A DNA stretch of 64,000 bases from Candidatus Forterrea multitransposorum CG_2015-17_Forterrea_25_41 (lineage in GTDB: Archaea; Iainarchaeota; Iainarchaeia; Iainarchaeales; CSSED10-239), in assembly GCA_009392915.1 (NCBI GenBank), contig CP045477.1, forward strand, positions 640,001 through 704,000. The letters are read 5' to 3'. Made by a program: the position numbers and the translations under genes. The number at the start of each line of letters is the position of its first letter. Positions within the stretch are counted from its first letter, which is position 1. Positions 35,763 to 44,879 of the stretch are shown in pieces. The notes beneath the pieces are model-generated. The model worked only from the letters and a program-made list of their open reading frames with translations. It searched no databases and was not told where the DNA came from.

Positions 35763-37796
35763 ATGAACTATATTGAACTTGCAAGTAAAATTGAAGAAAG
35801 AAAAGCTATTGTTCCTGGACATAGAACTTGTCCTGGGTGTCCTATAGCCATTATCTTAAGAACAGCATATGCTGCAACTGATAAAAAAATAATAACATCA
35901 TCTGCTACATCCTGTGCAGAAGTTACAACAACAATTTATCCTTACACCTCATGGAATGAACCTTGGATTCATTCTGTTTTTGCAAATGCTGCAGCAACCA
36001 TATCTGGTGTTGAAACTGCTTATAGAGCTTTAAAGAAAAAAGGAAAGATAAAAGAAGAAATTAAATTTATGGCTTTTGCTGGAGATGGTGGAGCTTTTGA
36101 TATTGGACTTCAGAGCCTTTCAGGAGCTCTTGAAAGAGGACATGATTTTGTTTTTGTTTGTTACGATAACGAAGGTTACCAAAACTGTTTATCAATAGAT
36201 TCATTAATAATGACAGAAACAGGTCTTAAAAAAATAACTGAAATTAAAAAAGGAGAGAAAGTCTGGGCTTTTGATCAAAATAAACATTTGCCGGTACTAA
36301 AAGAATGTACAGGGGTCTTTAATAATGGAAGAAAAAGAGTATACGAAATAGAAACTATACATCAAAATATAAAAGCAACATCAAACCACCCATTCTTAAC
36401 TTTAAAAAGAAACGGTAGAGGAAAAGAAAACGAGCTTATCTGGAAAACAGTTTCTCAATTAAAGGTAAATGATGAAATTGTAACTATGAGAAAACTTTAT
36501 GATAAAGGAAAAGCATATGAATTTAATAAAATAAAGCTAACTAAAAAAGGCGATTATAAAGTAAATATTATTAATGATGTTAAGCTTCCAGAAAAATCTA
36601 CAAAAGAATTAATGTTATGGCTAGGTTTATATGTTGGAGATGGATGGATTAGAGAAGAAAGAGGAGAAATTGGATTTGCTCTTCCAGAAAATACAGAAGA
36701 GAGAAAAATACTTCTTAAGATCCATAAGAAAATATTTGGACAAGAAAATAAATCTAAAGATAAATATTACATATACTATAATTCTGTAAATATTTCAAAA
36801 TTTATTAATTCCTTAGGGTTTATGCAAGGTGCTAAAAATAAAACAATACCATCTTGGGTTTTTACTTTACCAATAGATCAAAAAGAAGAATTTGTAAAAG
36901 GTTTATTAATGTCTGATGGATATATTTATAAAAAGAAAAAAGATAGTTGTAGATATTTATCAGCAAGCAAAGAATTAATTAAAAGATTAAGACTTTTACT
37001 TCAAACAATGGATTACAGAGTAGGAAAAATAACTATTCAGAAAAAACCAAAAGGAACTTTTGTAGTTTATAGAGAAATGTTAAATGATGGAGAATACTAT
37101 AGTATTTGTTTTAGTAAAAAAGACAAATGGGATGTTAAAAAATACCCTAACCAATACAAATATCAAAATTATTTTATTGAAAATGAATATTTTGAAACAA
37201 GAAAAATAAAAAATATTATTCCTAGAGGAATTGAACAAACATTAGATTTAAGAGTTGATGGAGAACACAACTTTATTGCAGATGGAATTGTTGTTCATAA
37301 CACAGGAGCACAACGATCCTCTGCAACACCTTATGGAGCTTCAACAACTACCACTCCTGGAGAGAAAAAAGAATTTCAAAAAGATCTTGCAAGGATAGCT
37401 ATTGCTCATAAAATACCATATGTTGCAACTGCAAACCCAGGAAATCTTTTAGACATGCATGAAAAGTTTAGAAAGGCTTTTGAAAAGAAAGGGCCAGCTG
37501 TAATCATTGTTTATGCAGCATGCCCTACAAACATGAAGGCTCCTGAAGACTTAACTATTGATATTTCAAAGCTTGCAACTGAAACTAATTTTTGGCCACT
37601 TTATGAAGTTGAAGATGGAAAATATAAAGTAAACTATAAGCCTGCAAATAAAAAACCTATTGAAGAATTTTTAAAAATGCAAACTAAGTTTAAAGAAGTT
37701 TTAAAAGATAAAAATGAAATTAAAAAAATACAACAAGAAATAGATGATGATTTTAAAGAACTTCTAAAAATGGAAGAAGCTTTTCCTTTAAAATAA
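35763..37796 (+). CDS. porB: pyruvate:ferredoxin oxidoreductase beta subunit, interrupted by an in-frame intein
   Basis: Exteins give a normal ~305-aa PorB. N-extein carries the TPP-binding CPGC / GDGG; the conserved YxNTGxQxSxxTPxGAxTxTTP motif is split as ...YDNEGYQN|[intein]|TGAQRSSATPYGASTTTTPGE. Confidence 0.85.
   Translation: MNYIELASKIEERKAIVPGHRTCPGCPIAIILRTAYAATDKKIITSSATSCAEVTTTIYPYTSWNEPWIHSVFANAAATISGVETAYRALKKKGKIKEEIKFMAFAGDGGAFDIGLQSLSGALERGHDFVFVCYDNEGYQNCLSIDSLIMTETGLKKITEIKKGEKVWAFDQNKHLPVLKECTGVFNNGRKRVYEIETIHQNIKATSNHPFLTLKRNGRGKENELIWKTVSQLKVNDEIVTMRKLYDKGKAYEFNKIKLTKKGDYKVNIINDVKLPEKSTKELMLWLGLYVGDGWIREERGEIGFALPENTEERKILLKIHKKIFGQENKSKDKYYIYYNSVNISKFINSLGFMQGAKNKTIPSWVFTLPIDQKEEFVKGLLMSDGYIYKKKKDSCRYLSASKELIKRLRLLLQTMDYRVGKITIQKKPKGTFVVYREMLNDGEYYSICFSKKDKWDVKKYPNQYKYQNYFIENEYFETRKIKNIIPRGIEQTLDLRVDGEHNFIADGIVVHNTGAQRSSATPYGASTTTTPGEKKEFQKDLARIAIAHKIPYVATANPGNLLDMHEKFRKAFEKKGPAVIIVYAACPTNMKAPEDLTIDISKLATETNFWPLYEVEDGKYKVNYKPANKKPIEEFLKMQTKFKEVLKDKNEIKKIQQEIDDDFKELLKMEEAFPLK
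36186..37301 (+). mobile_element. intein with LAGLIDADG homing endonuclease (372 aa) in porB
   Basis: Begins CLSIDSL (block A Cys1) and has block B ATSNHPF (TxxH). Two LAGLIDADG motifs (LWLGLYVGDGWI, FVKGLLMSDGYI). Ends ...NFIADGIVVHN with +1 Thr. Boundaries were mapped codon by codon. Confidence 0.8.
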
Positions 37797-37849
37797 AAAT
37801 ATAATGGCGGTTATTATAACCACTATTATAAATCATTTTAAAAAAAGAA

Positions 37850-39784
37850 TTAAATCTTTTTAGATTTAATTTTTTCAATAACCTCTGGATTGTAAAGTGT
37901 TGAAAGGTCTCCATAATCTTCAGAGTCATAAGCAATTGCTCTTAAGATTCTTCTTATGATCTTACCACTACTTGTCTTTGGAAGAGAATCTACAAATTGT
38001 ATTTTATCAGGTTTTGCAATTGGCCCGATTTCCTTTGCAACATGCTCTCTTAATTCTTTCACTAAATCTTCAGAAGGATTTATTCCTGCTCTTAAGATTA
38101 CAAAAGCATAAAGAGCTTGACCTTTAATTTCATGTGGGAAAGGAACAACTGCTGCTTCACCAACATTTTTATTTGAAACTAAGGCAGATTCAATTTCTGC
38201 AGAACCAAGTCTATGTCCTGAAACTTTAATTACATCATCCATTCTTCCAATTATGAAAAAATAACCATCTTCATCTATTTTTCCTCTATCTCCACAGAAA
38301 TAATAACCTGGGTATTTAGAAATATAGATATCTAAATATTTTTGATGTTCTCCATAAATTGTTCTCATCATTCCTGGCCATGGTTTTTTAATAACCACAG
38401 AACCTGGTTCATTAACATCTGCTTTAGAACCATCCTCTCTTAAGACATCAGCATCAATACCAAAGAAAGGTTTTGTTGCAAAGCCTGGTTTTAAAGGAAA
38501 GGCACCTGGAAATGGTGCTATTAAAAATCCACCAGATTCTGTTTGCCACCAAGTATCAACTATTGGACAATTACTTTTTCCAATGTTTTCATAATACCAA
38601 ACCCATGCTTCAGGGTTTATAGGCTCACCAACTGAACCTAAAAGTTTTAAGGATGAAAGATCATGTTTTTTTACAGGGTCAGTTCCATATCTCATTAATG
38701 ATCTTATAACTGTTGGAGCTGTATAAAAAATATTTACTTTATGTTTTTCAATAATTCTCCAGTATGTTTCATTATCTGGAAAGGTTGGTATTCCTTCATA
38801 CATTAAAACTGTTGCAGCATTTGCAAGAGGACCATAAACTAAATAAGAGTGCCCTGTGATCCAGCCTATGTCTGCTGTACACCAATAAACATCATCTTGA
38901 TGATAATTAAAAATATATTTAAAAGTCTCCTTTGTGTATACTAAATAACCTGCATTTGTGTGAAGTGTACCTTTTGGTTTTTCAACAGTTCCTGAATTAA
39001 ATAAAATAAATAAAGGATCTTCAGAATCCATTTCCTCTGGTTCGCAAGTGTCCAAGATATCTAGAGATTTTACTTCTTCTTGATAGATATATTCATTTTC
39101 TTTTAAAGTTAAAGGAATATCTATATTTTTAACAACTAATATTTTTTCAATATCTTTAATATCCTCAATTGCTTTTGAAACTTCTTCTTTAAAGTTTATT
39201 TTCTTTCCTGCTCTTAGAGAACCATCAGCTGTGATAAGCATTTTTGATTTTGCAAACTCAATTCTTTCTTTTGTTGTTTGTGTGCTATATCCTGCAAAAA
39301 CAACAGAATGTATTGCACCTATTCTTGCACATGCTAAAAGAGAGATTAGAAATTCTGGTATCATTGGCATATAGATAGAAACACGATCACCTTTCTTTAT
39401 ACCATGTTTCTTTAAAACATTTGCAAATCTTGAAACTTCTAAATGTAATTGTTTATAAGTATATTTTTTTACATTACTTTCTTCTTCCCCTTGAAAGATT
39501 AAAGCTATTTTTTCTGCATTCTTTTCTAAATGCTTATCTAAGCAATTATAAGAAACATTTAGTTTTCCATTCTTAAACCAAGAATAAAGATATTTTTCTT
39601 TATCTTCCCACTCAAAGACAGAAGTATATGGTTTAAACCAAGTAATATCTTTTGCTACTTCTTTCCAAAACTCTTCTGGGTTTTTAATAGAAGCATCATA
39701 TATCTTTTGATATTCTTCCATTGATTTAATATATGCTTTTTCTTGAAAAGCTTTTGAAGGGTAATATTTTTTTTCATCACTCAT
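37850..39784 (-). CDS. acs: acetyl-CoA synthetase (AMP-forming)
   Basis: 644 aa from MSDEKKYYPS. AMP-binding signature (TSGTTGKPKG-like YTSGSTGKPKG variant: FNSGTVEKPKG) and the conserved Acs C-terminal Lys region (SGKIIRRIL). Confidence 0.9.
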   Translation of the reverse strand: MSDEKKYYPSKAFQEKAYIKSMEEYQKIYDASIKNPEEFWKEVAKDITWFKPYTSVFEWEDKEKYLYSWFKNGKLNVSYNCLDKHLEKNAEKIALIFQGEEESNVKKYTYKQLHLEVSRFANVLKKHGIKKGDRVSIYMPMIPEFLISLLACARIGAIHSVVFAGYSTQTTKERIEFAKSKMLITADGSLRAGKKINFKEEVSKAIEDIKDIEKILVVKNIDIPLTLKENEYIYQEEVKSLDILDTCEPEEMDSEDPLFILFNSGTVEKPKGTLHTNAGYLVYTKETFKYIFNYHQDDVYWCTADIGWITGHSYLVYGPLANAATVLMYEGIPTFPDNETYWRIIEKHKVNIFYTAPTVIRSLMRYGTDPVKKHDLSSLKLLGSVGEPINPEAWVWYYENIGKSNCPIVDTWWQTESGGFLIAPFPGAFPLKPGFATKPFFGIDADVLREDGSKADVNEPGSVVIKKPWPGMMRTIYGEHQKYLDIYISKYPGYYFCGDRGKIDEDGYFFIIGRMDDVIKVSGHRLGSAEIESALVSNKNVGEAAVVPFPHEIKGQALYAFVILRAGINPSEDLVKELREHVAKEIGPIAKPDKIQFVDSLPKTSSGKIIRRILRAIAYDSEDYGDLSTLYNPEVIEKIKSKKI

Positions 39785-39853
39785 AAATAATCTCATTTAT
39801 TATATTTCTATTTGTACAGATAAAAGAGTAGATGAAAAGATATTTATATGTTT

Positions 39854-40447
39854 TTAAAGTATCTTTTTTCTAACAATAGGTTTCTTTTTAGAAACTTCTT
39901 TTGCAAAATAATTTTTAGGACTTTTTGTATCAAAAGGATTTAATCTAGGTTTAGGTTTTTTAACTTCTATATATTTTTCAAAAAAATAATCTCTAAACTT
40001 ACTTTTAAAAATAATATTTGATGCTTTTTTATTTTTTTCTAAATTTTTAAAAGCAGAATATTTTTCTAAAACAGGGTAAAGAGAATCTAATTTCTGGTTT
40101 GACAAAGAATTTGTAAAAGCTTTATAAAATCTATTAAAAGCAGGGTAACATGATTTTTTAGTTAAAGTTCCTGCTCTATAATAATCAATATGCTCAATAA
40201 AACTTTTAGCATGGAAAGAAATATCTGGATTTTTTAAAATAAATGAAATTTCTTTAACAACAAAAGCACTATCTTCTTTTGTTAATTGATATTTTTTTGT
40301 TAAAAAATTAGCTTGGTTTTCAAAAAGATATTTTTTTACATTTTCTCTTTTTTTATTTTGATCAATCTTAAGAGTAGAAAAAGTAACAATGGAAGAAACA
40401 CTTAAAATAAATAAAGCCCTTTTAAGCAAATCTCTATCCATAATCAT
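39854..40447 (-). CDS. hypothetical secreted/membrane-anchored protein
   Basis: N-terminal hydrophobic signal/anchor (ALFILSVSSIVTFSTL); no other motifs recognised. Confidence 0.3.
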   Translation of the reverse strand: MIMDRDLLKRALFILSVSSIVTFSTLKIDQNKKRENVKKYLFENQANFLTKKYQLTKEDSAFVVKEISFILKNPDISFHAKSFIEHIDYYRAGTLTKKSCYPAFNRFYKAFTNSLSNQKLDSLYPVLEKYSAFKNLEKNKKASNIIFKSKFRDYFFEKYIEVKKPKPRLNPFDTKSPKNYFAKEVSKKKPIVRKKIL

Positions 40448-40469
40448 TTTTTTTCTTTTTTAAAAAAAT

Positions 40470-41609
40470 CTATAAGAAAATCTCATTATCTATTTTTTCT
40501 GGCAAATACTTTTTAGCAACAAAATCTAAAGATTTGTTTGCAAGAGCCTGCTGTTCAATTCTGATCTTTTTATCAATTGCAAGCTTTAGTTCTTTTTGCC
40601 AAGCAGGAGATTTAAACCAATCATAAGACATAAGCTCTTTTGCTCTCTTAACATCCCCATCTTTCATTTTTTCAGTTACTGCTTGAAGACCGTATTCTTC
40701 AACATCTGTTAAAGTCATACCAACATACTTTGCATCAGGAACTGCTAAAAACTTAGAGTGAGCTGCAAGAGCCATAGAACCACTCTTAATTACAGAATAA
40801 ATATACCAACCATAAGGATCTCCATCAGTGAAAACAACAATTGGAAGATTAAACTCATATCTTAAACGGTGAACAAGTCTTCTTGCACCTCTTGCTGCTT
40901 GACCTGAAGTTCCAATTAATATAGCGTTATGTTTTTTAGGATAGTTTTCTTCAATTAATCTACCATACATCGCAGAAGTCTCTACAACTAAAACAAAATC
41001 AGCATTAACTTCTTTAATTTCAATTTCATCAGGCTCAATTCTGGACATGATAGACCATCCACCTCTTCCAAGATTTTTACAACTAAACTCATCATTGTTG
41101 TGTTTTCTATCAATTAAAGTAATGTCACCATAAAGTGAACCTTTAGGATCAGCTTGAAGTCCTAATTTTTCTCTAATTGTTGAAACAGAATGTTCAATAT
41201 CAACAATTACATCATTAGATTCTTCTTGACCATCAAAAGTATTTTCATTAGATTTTGCAACAGTGTGCTTAAGCTCATAATAAATTTCTCTGATTGATGC
41301 TGTTTTTGAATGTTTTAAATATTCATTACATTTTTCTGTGACTAAAACAGTTTGCATAAATTTTCTTGCAGCACCAAGATTTAAGAAAGGCCTTGTAACG
41401 GTTTTATCTCCAAGTTGTATAAATCCTTTTTCTTGATCAAAATAAACGTTTGAAAGTCCTCTTACCTTTGTTGAAAAAGTTGGAGTATGTTCATGTTCTA
41501 TTTGATGAACAATATTTTCTGCAATTTCATATACTCTTTTACCTATTTCTTTTGCACCCTCAACTTCGTGCTTTTCAAGTTCTTGTTTTTTTGGTTTTTG
41601 GTTTGCCAT
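40470..41609 (-). CDS. top6A: DNA topoisomerase VI subunit A (Spo11-like)
   Basis: Toprim DGDPYGWYIY, a 5Y-CAP region with a catalytic Tyr context, and LVVETSAMYGRL. Confidence 0.9.
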   Translation of the reverse strand: MANQKPKKQELEKHEVEGAKEIGKRVYEIAENIVHQIEHEHTPTFSTKVRGLSNVYFDQEKGFIQLGDKTVTRPFLNLGAARKFMQTVLVTEKCNEYLKHSKTASIREIYYELKHTVAKSNENTFDGQEESNDVIVDIEHSVSTIREKLGLQADPKGSLYGDITLIDRKHNNDEFSCKNLGRGGWSIMSRIEPDEIEIKEVNADFVLVVETSAMYGRLIEENYPKKHNAILIGTSGQAARGARRLVHRLRYEFNLPIVVFTDGDPYGWYIYSVIKSGSMALAAHSKFLAVPDAKYVGMTLTDVEEYGLQAVTEKMKDGDVKRAKELMSYDWFKSPAWQKELKLAIDKKIRIEQQALANKSLDFVAKKYLPEKIDNEIFL

Positions 41610-41654
41610 ATTTTAATCACATTTTTATAAAGTTTTATTTTTTTTAAAAAAGAA

Positions 41655-43382
41655 TCATTCTTCAATTTCTTCTTCTTCTTCAATTTCTTCTTCTATCTTG
41701 TCATCTTTTGCTTTTTGCTTTTGATCTTCTAAATCTTCCATTTTTAATTTTTCAAGAACCATTTTATCTAAATTCTTTTGAAGTTTAGTAGCATCAGCAC
41801 CTGTTATTCTTGAAAGAGCTTGAACAATTTCAGGAGCATATTTTGCAAAGACTTTTCTTTTTTCTAATTTTTCAGCTTCTTTCTTTTTATCAATAATATA
41901 TCTTCCAAGTCTTCTTGAAACATCCATTAAAGCAAGCTTTGTTTCTGCTAAAATTTCTTCTTCATCAGCAATTGCAGATTTACCAGCTGAAGTGTAAGGG
42001 ATATGCACAGAAATTAAATTTACAAAAACAGTTACTGGAGCAGATTCAAAATTATGAATACCATATCTTTTCCAATCAATAGATTGAACAGTTTTTGTAA
42101 TTGCACAACCTCCTGCATCAAATAAAAGAGGAGATTTATTTGCATATCTTATTATTTCAGAAACTCTTACTTCTTTAGTATCTTCTTCATTATCAAGAGA
42201 ATCTTTTCTGTTTTTAGCTTTTGGAGAAGAAACACTTACAAGACGTCCTGCATTACCTCCAAAAGCAACAGCAACTTCAACTTGGAAAGCATATCCTCCT
42301 TTATAAACAGAAGGCTTTCTAGTATACACAAAACAAAATTCAGGCTCAACAATTGTTTGTAAAGACTTTTCAATAAAATTTTCACCAATTGGAACTAAGT
42401 TATTTGTGTTTGGTGCAATAAATTTAGTTTTCTTAATAGCAGATACAATTTCTTCTGCTTCTTCCCAAGTTATTTTTCTTGGATCTTTATTAATATCAAA
42501 ATGAATCATTTTTGCAATTGAATCAACTGCAGTTTGACCAAATCTATCAAAAGTTAACATAAGATAAGAAGATATTTTTCTTGCAGAAGTATATCTTGCA
42601 AGAGATAATAATTCATCAACAGTAACTCCTCTAGGGTGAGGTTTTACTTGTTTTGGTATCTTTGGTAAAGTTTTAACTATTCTTTCATATTTTGTAACTT
42701 CTTGGAAAGGATCTTGAAAAACTATAGTTGCATGAGGATTTGCAATAGCAGTTCTTCTTAAATATTCATCAACAGAACCTTGTCCTTTCTTATACTGGAT
42801 TTCTTTAAATTTAGCTTTTATTCCAGTACCTCTAAATTTTTTTTCTAAATATACTTTATTTGTCATTTTTGGAGAATTAGTTTTTGAATCAATTGTTATT
42901 TCTAAAGAAACTGCTCTTTCTTTTGAAGTTCCAGAAATAACTTTTGTTGGTTTTCCAGTTGTAATTTGTGAAAATAAAATAATTCCTGAAACACCAATTC
43001 CTTGTTGTCCTCTAGTCTGAACTAACCTATGAAATTTAGTTCCAGCTAAAAGCTTTCCTAAAGCAGAACCAATTTTGTTTTCTGGAATACCAGGACCATT
43101 ATCCATTACAGATATTTCATAATATTCTTCTCCAATCTCTGAAATCTTAACTTCAATCTCAGGTAAGATACCTGCTTCTTCACAAGCATCTAAAGAATTT
43201 GTAACTAGTTCGTGAATAATTGTTGTTAAAGTTCTTTGTTTTCCATAAAGTCCTAACATTTGTCTGTTTTTTTTAAAAAAGTCAGCAACTGAATGTTCTT
43301 TAAATTCAGAGAATAAAACATTAGCATCTATTCCATCTTTTGAAACTTGAGTTTCTTGTTTTGTTATTTTTTCATTACTCAT
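41655..43382 (-). CDS. top6B: DNA topoisomerase VI subunit B (GHKL ATPase)
   Basis: Bergerat-fold motifs (ELVTNSLDACEEAG, VMDNGPGIP, GQQGIGVSG). Acidic C-terminal tail EEEIEEEEEIEE. Confidence 0.9.
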   Translation of the reverse strand: MSNEKITKQETQVSKDGIDANVLFSEFKEHSVADFFKKNRQMLGLYGKQRTLTTIIHELVTNSLDACEEAGILPEIEVKISEIGEEYYEISVMDNGPGIPENKIGSALGKLLAGTKFHRLVQTRGQQGIGVSGIILFSQITTGKPTKVISGTSKERAVSLEITIDSKTNSPKMTNKVYLEKKFRGTGIKAKFKEIQYKKGQGSVDEYLRRTAIANPHATIVFQDPFQEVTKYERIVKTLPKIPKQVKPHPRGVTVDELLSLARYTSARKISSYLMLTFDRFGQTAVDSIAKMIHFDINKDPRKITWEEAEEIVSAIKKTKFIAPNTNNLVPIGENFIEKSLQTIVEPEFCFVYTRKPSVYKGGYAFQVEVAVAFGGNAGRLVSVSSPKAKNRKDSLDNEEDTKEVRVSEIIRYANKSPLLFDAGGCAITKTVQSIDWKRYGIHNFESAPVTVFVNLISVHIPYTSAGKSAIADEEEILAETKLALMDVSRRLGRYIIDKKKEAEKLEKRKVFAKYAPEIVQALSRITGADATKLQKNLDKMVLEKLKMEDLEDQKQKAKDDKIEEEIEEEEEIEE

Positions 43383-43537
43383 AAAGTATCACTAAAATAT
43401 ATTTATATATATAATATACTTAAAAAGATTTAAAAAGGTTATCTTAAATCTTTCTAAACTTTTCAAAATAAAAAGTATTAAAGAATATTTAAAGCAATAA
43501 GTATTTATATTTAACTTATAAAAAAGATACATAAAAA

Positions 43538-44812
43538 CTAACTTCTTAAATTAAATTTAAAAACAAAAGCATCTAATGGAAGATTGTTTTTAGCAGCAGT
43601 TACATTTTCTGAAGAATAATGATACATTTCGATATATTCTATATTTCCATTAAATTGTTCTGCAAAAGAATCAATAGAGCCTAAATTTGCAGCACCAAAA
43701 ACATTCTTAGGATTATAATTTTCAGAATAATAAATTGGATCAACATGTCCTCCATATGGCCAAGTCCAAACTTCTGAACAAATAATGTTCCTAAATTCAT
43801 CATAATAACATGCACTAAAGTTTTTTCCAGTCTTAAATAAAATTACTTCATAATAATCACTGGATGGAGGAAATTTAAATTCAGATTGAAAAGGTTCTGC
43901 AAATTCATCCCAACCTCCCCACCACCAAGAATTAGCACCACCAACAGCAACTATGTGTTGAGAAGGAATAATTTGTAATTTAAATCCACTCCTATTAGTC
44001 CCAGTCATTCCAACAGTCCCAGAATATTTATAAGACATTAAAGTATTTGCAGAAGTTAAAGAATCAATTTTAAATTTAAGTTTAATAATAAAATTTGAAA
44101 TATTTGGAAGATCTAGATCTCCATTAACATCAACATAACTTTCATTTACATCTAATCTATAAGCTAAAGGGAAAAGTTCTTCAAAAGAATAAATTTTATT
44201 TCCATCAAAATAATTATTATAATAAGAAAGAGTTTTTTCTCCAGAATCATCCCATCTAAAAGCAAATCTTGAAGAAGTTTTTGATTGATTATTTTTAACA
44301 GACTCAATAGATAAATAATAAGTATCTCCACAAGAAATAGTATCTAAAGGAATATTTGAAACAACTAAATTATTTAAAATATTTGGATTTAAATTTTCAG
44401 AATCCTGAATAACATCATTATAAGTTACAACATATCTACTATTTTCTATTTTTTCATTATTTGAAGTCTCTAAAATAAGTTTATAAGTACCATCTTTTGA
44501 AATTGGTTTCCAAGAAAAATCTAAAAGACCAACTTTATTTTTTGAATTTTCTGGATTAACTAAATAACAATCTAAATATTTTGCGTTTACAGAAACAATA
44601 GTAGGTGCTAAAGGAGCATCTTTTGAAGAAGAAATATTGTTTGCTTGATCTGAAACAGAATCTCTTGATTGTCCACCTAAAGATACAAGAATAGTTATTA
44701 TAATTACAGCAATTAATACAGCACCACCAATTAATATTAAAGTTTCAAGACTTGCTTGACCTTTATTTTTTAATAAATTTAGTAATTTAGAAGGATTTTT
44801 AATAATAGCCAT
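43538..44812 (-). CDS. large pilin-like / adhesin protein with class III (type IV pilin) signal peptide
   Basis: N-terminus NKG|QASLETLILIGGAVLIAVIIITILV (Q+1, E+5) is a textbook archaeal prepilin signal. It is followed by a ~380-aa Cys- and sequon-containing extracellular domain. Confidence 0.5.
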   Translation of the reverse strand: MAIIKNPSKLLNLLKNKGQASLETLILIGGAVLIAVIIITILVSLGGQSRDSVSDQANNISSSKDAPLAPTIVSVNAKYLDCYLVNPENSKNKVGLLDFSWKPISKDGTYKLILETSNNEKIENSRYVVTYNDVIQDSENLNPNILNNLVVSNIPLDTISCGDTYYLSIESVKNNQSKTSSRFAFRWDDSGEKTLSYYNNYFDGNKIYSFEELFPLAYRLDVNESYVDVNGDLDLPNISNFIIKLKFKIDSLTSANTLMSYKYSGTVGMTGTNRSGFKLQIIPSQHIVAVGGANSWWWGGWDEFAEPFQSEFKFPPSSDYYEVILFKTGKNFSACYYDEFRNIICSEVWTWPYGGHVDPIYYSENYNPKNVFGAANLGSIDSFAEQFNGNIEYIEMYHYSSENVTAAKNNLPLDAFVFKFNLRS

Positions 44813-44879
44813 ACATAATCACTTATAATATTAGCTATATTAATGTATAAATACTTTACTAATAATTAAAAAAATCATT

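Noticed and set aside
37753-37935. 60-aa ORF spanning the porB end / acs end junction
   Set aside because: It is a short AT-rich ORF overlapping two convergent, confidently called genes.
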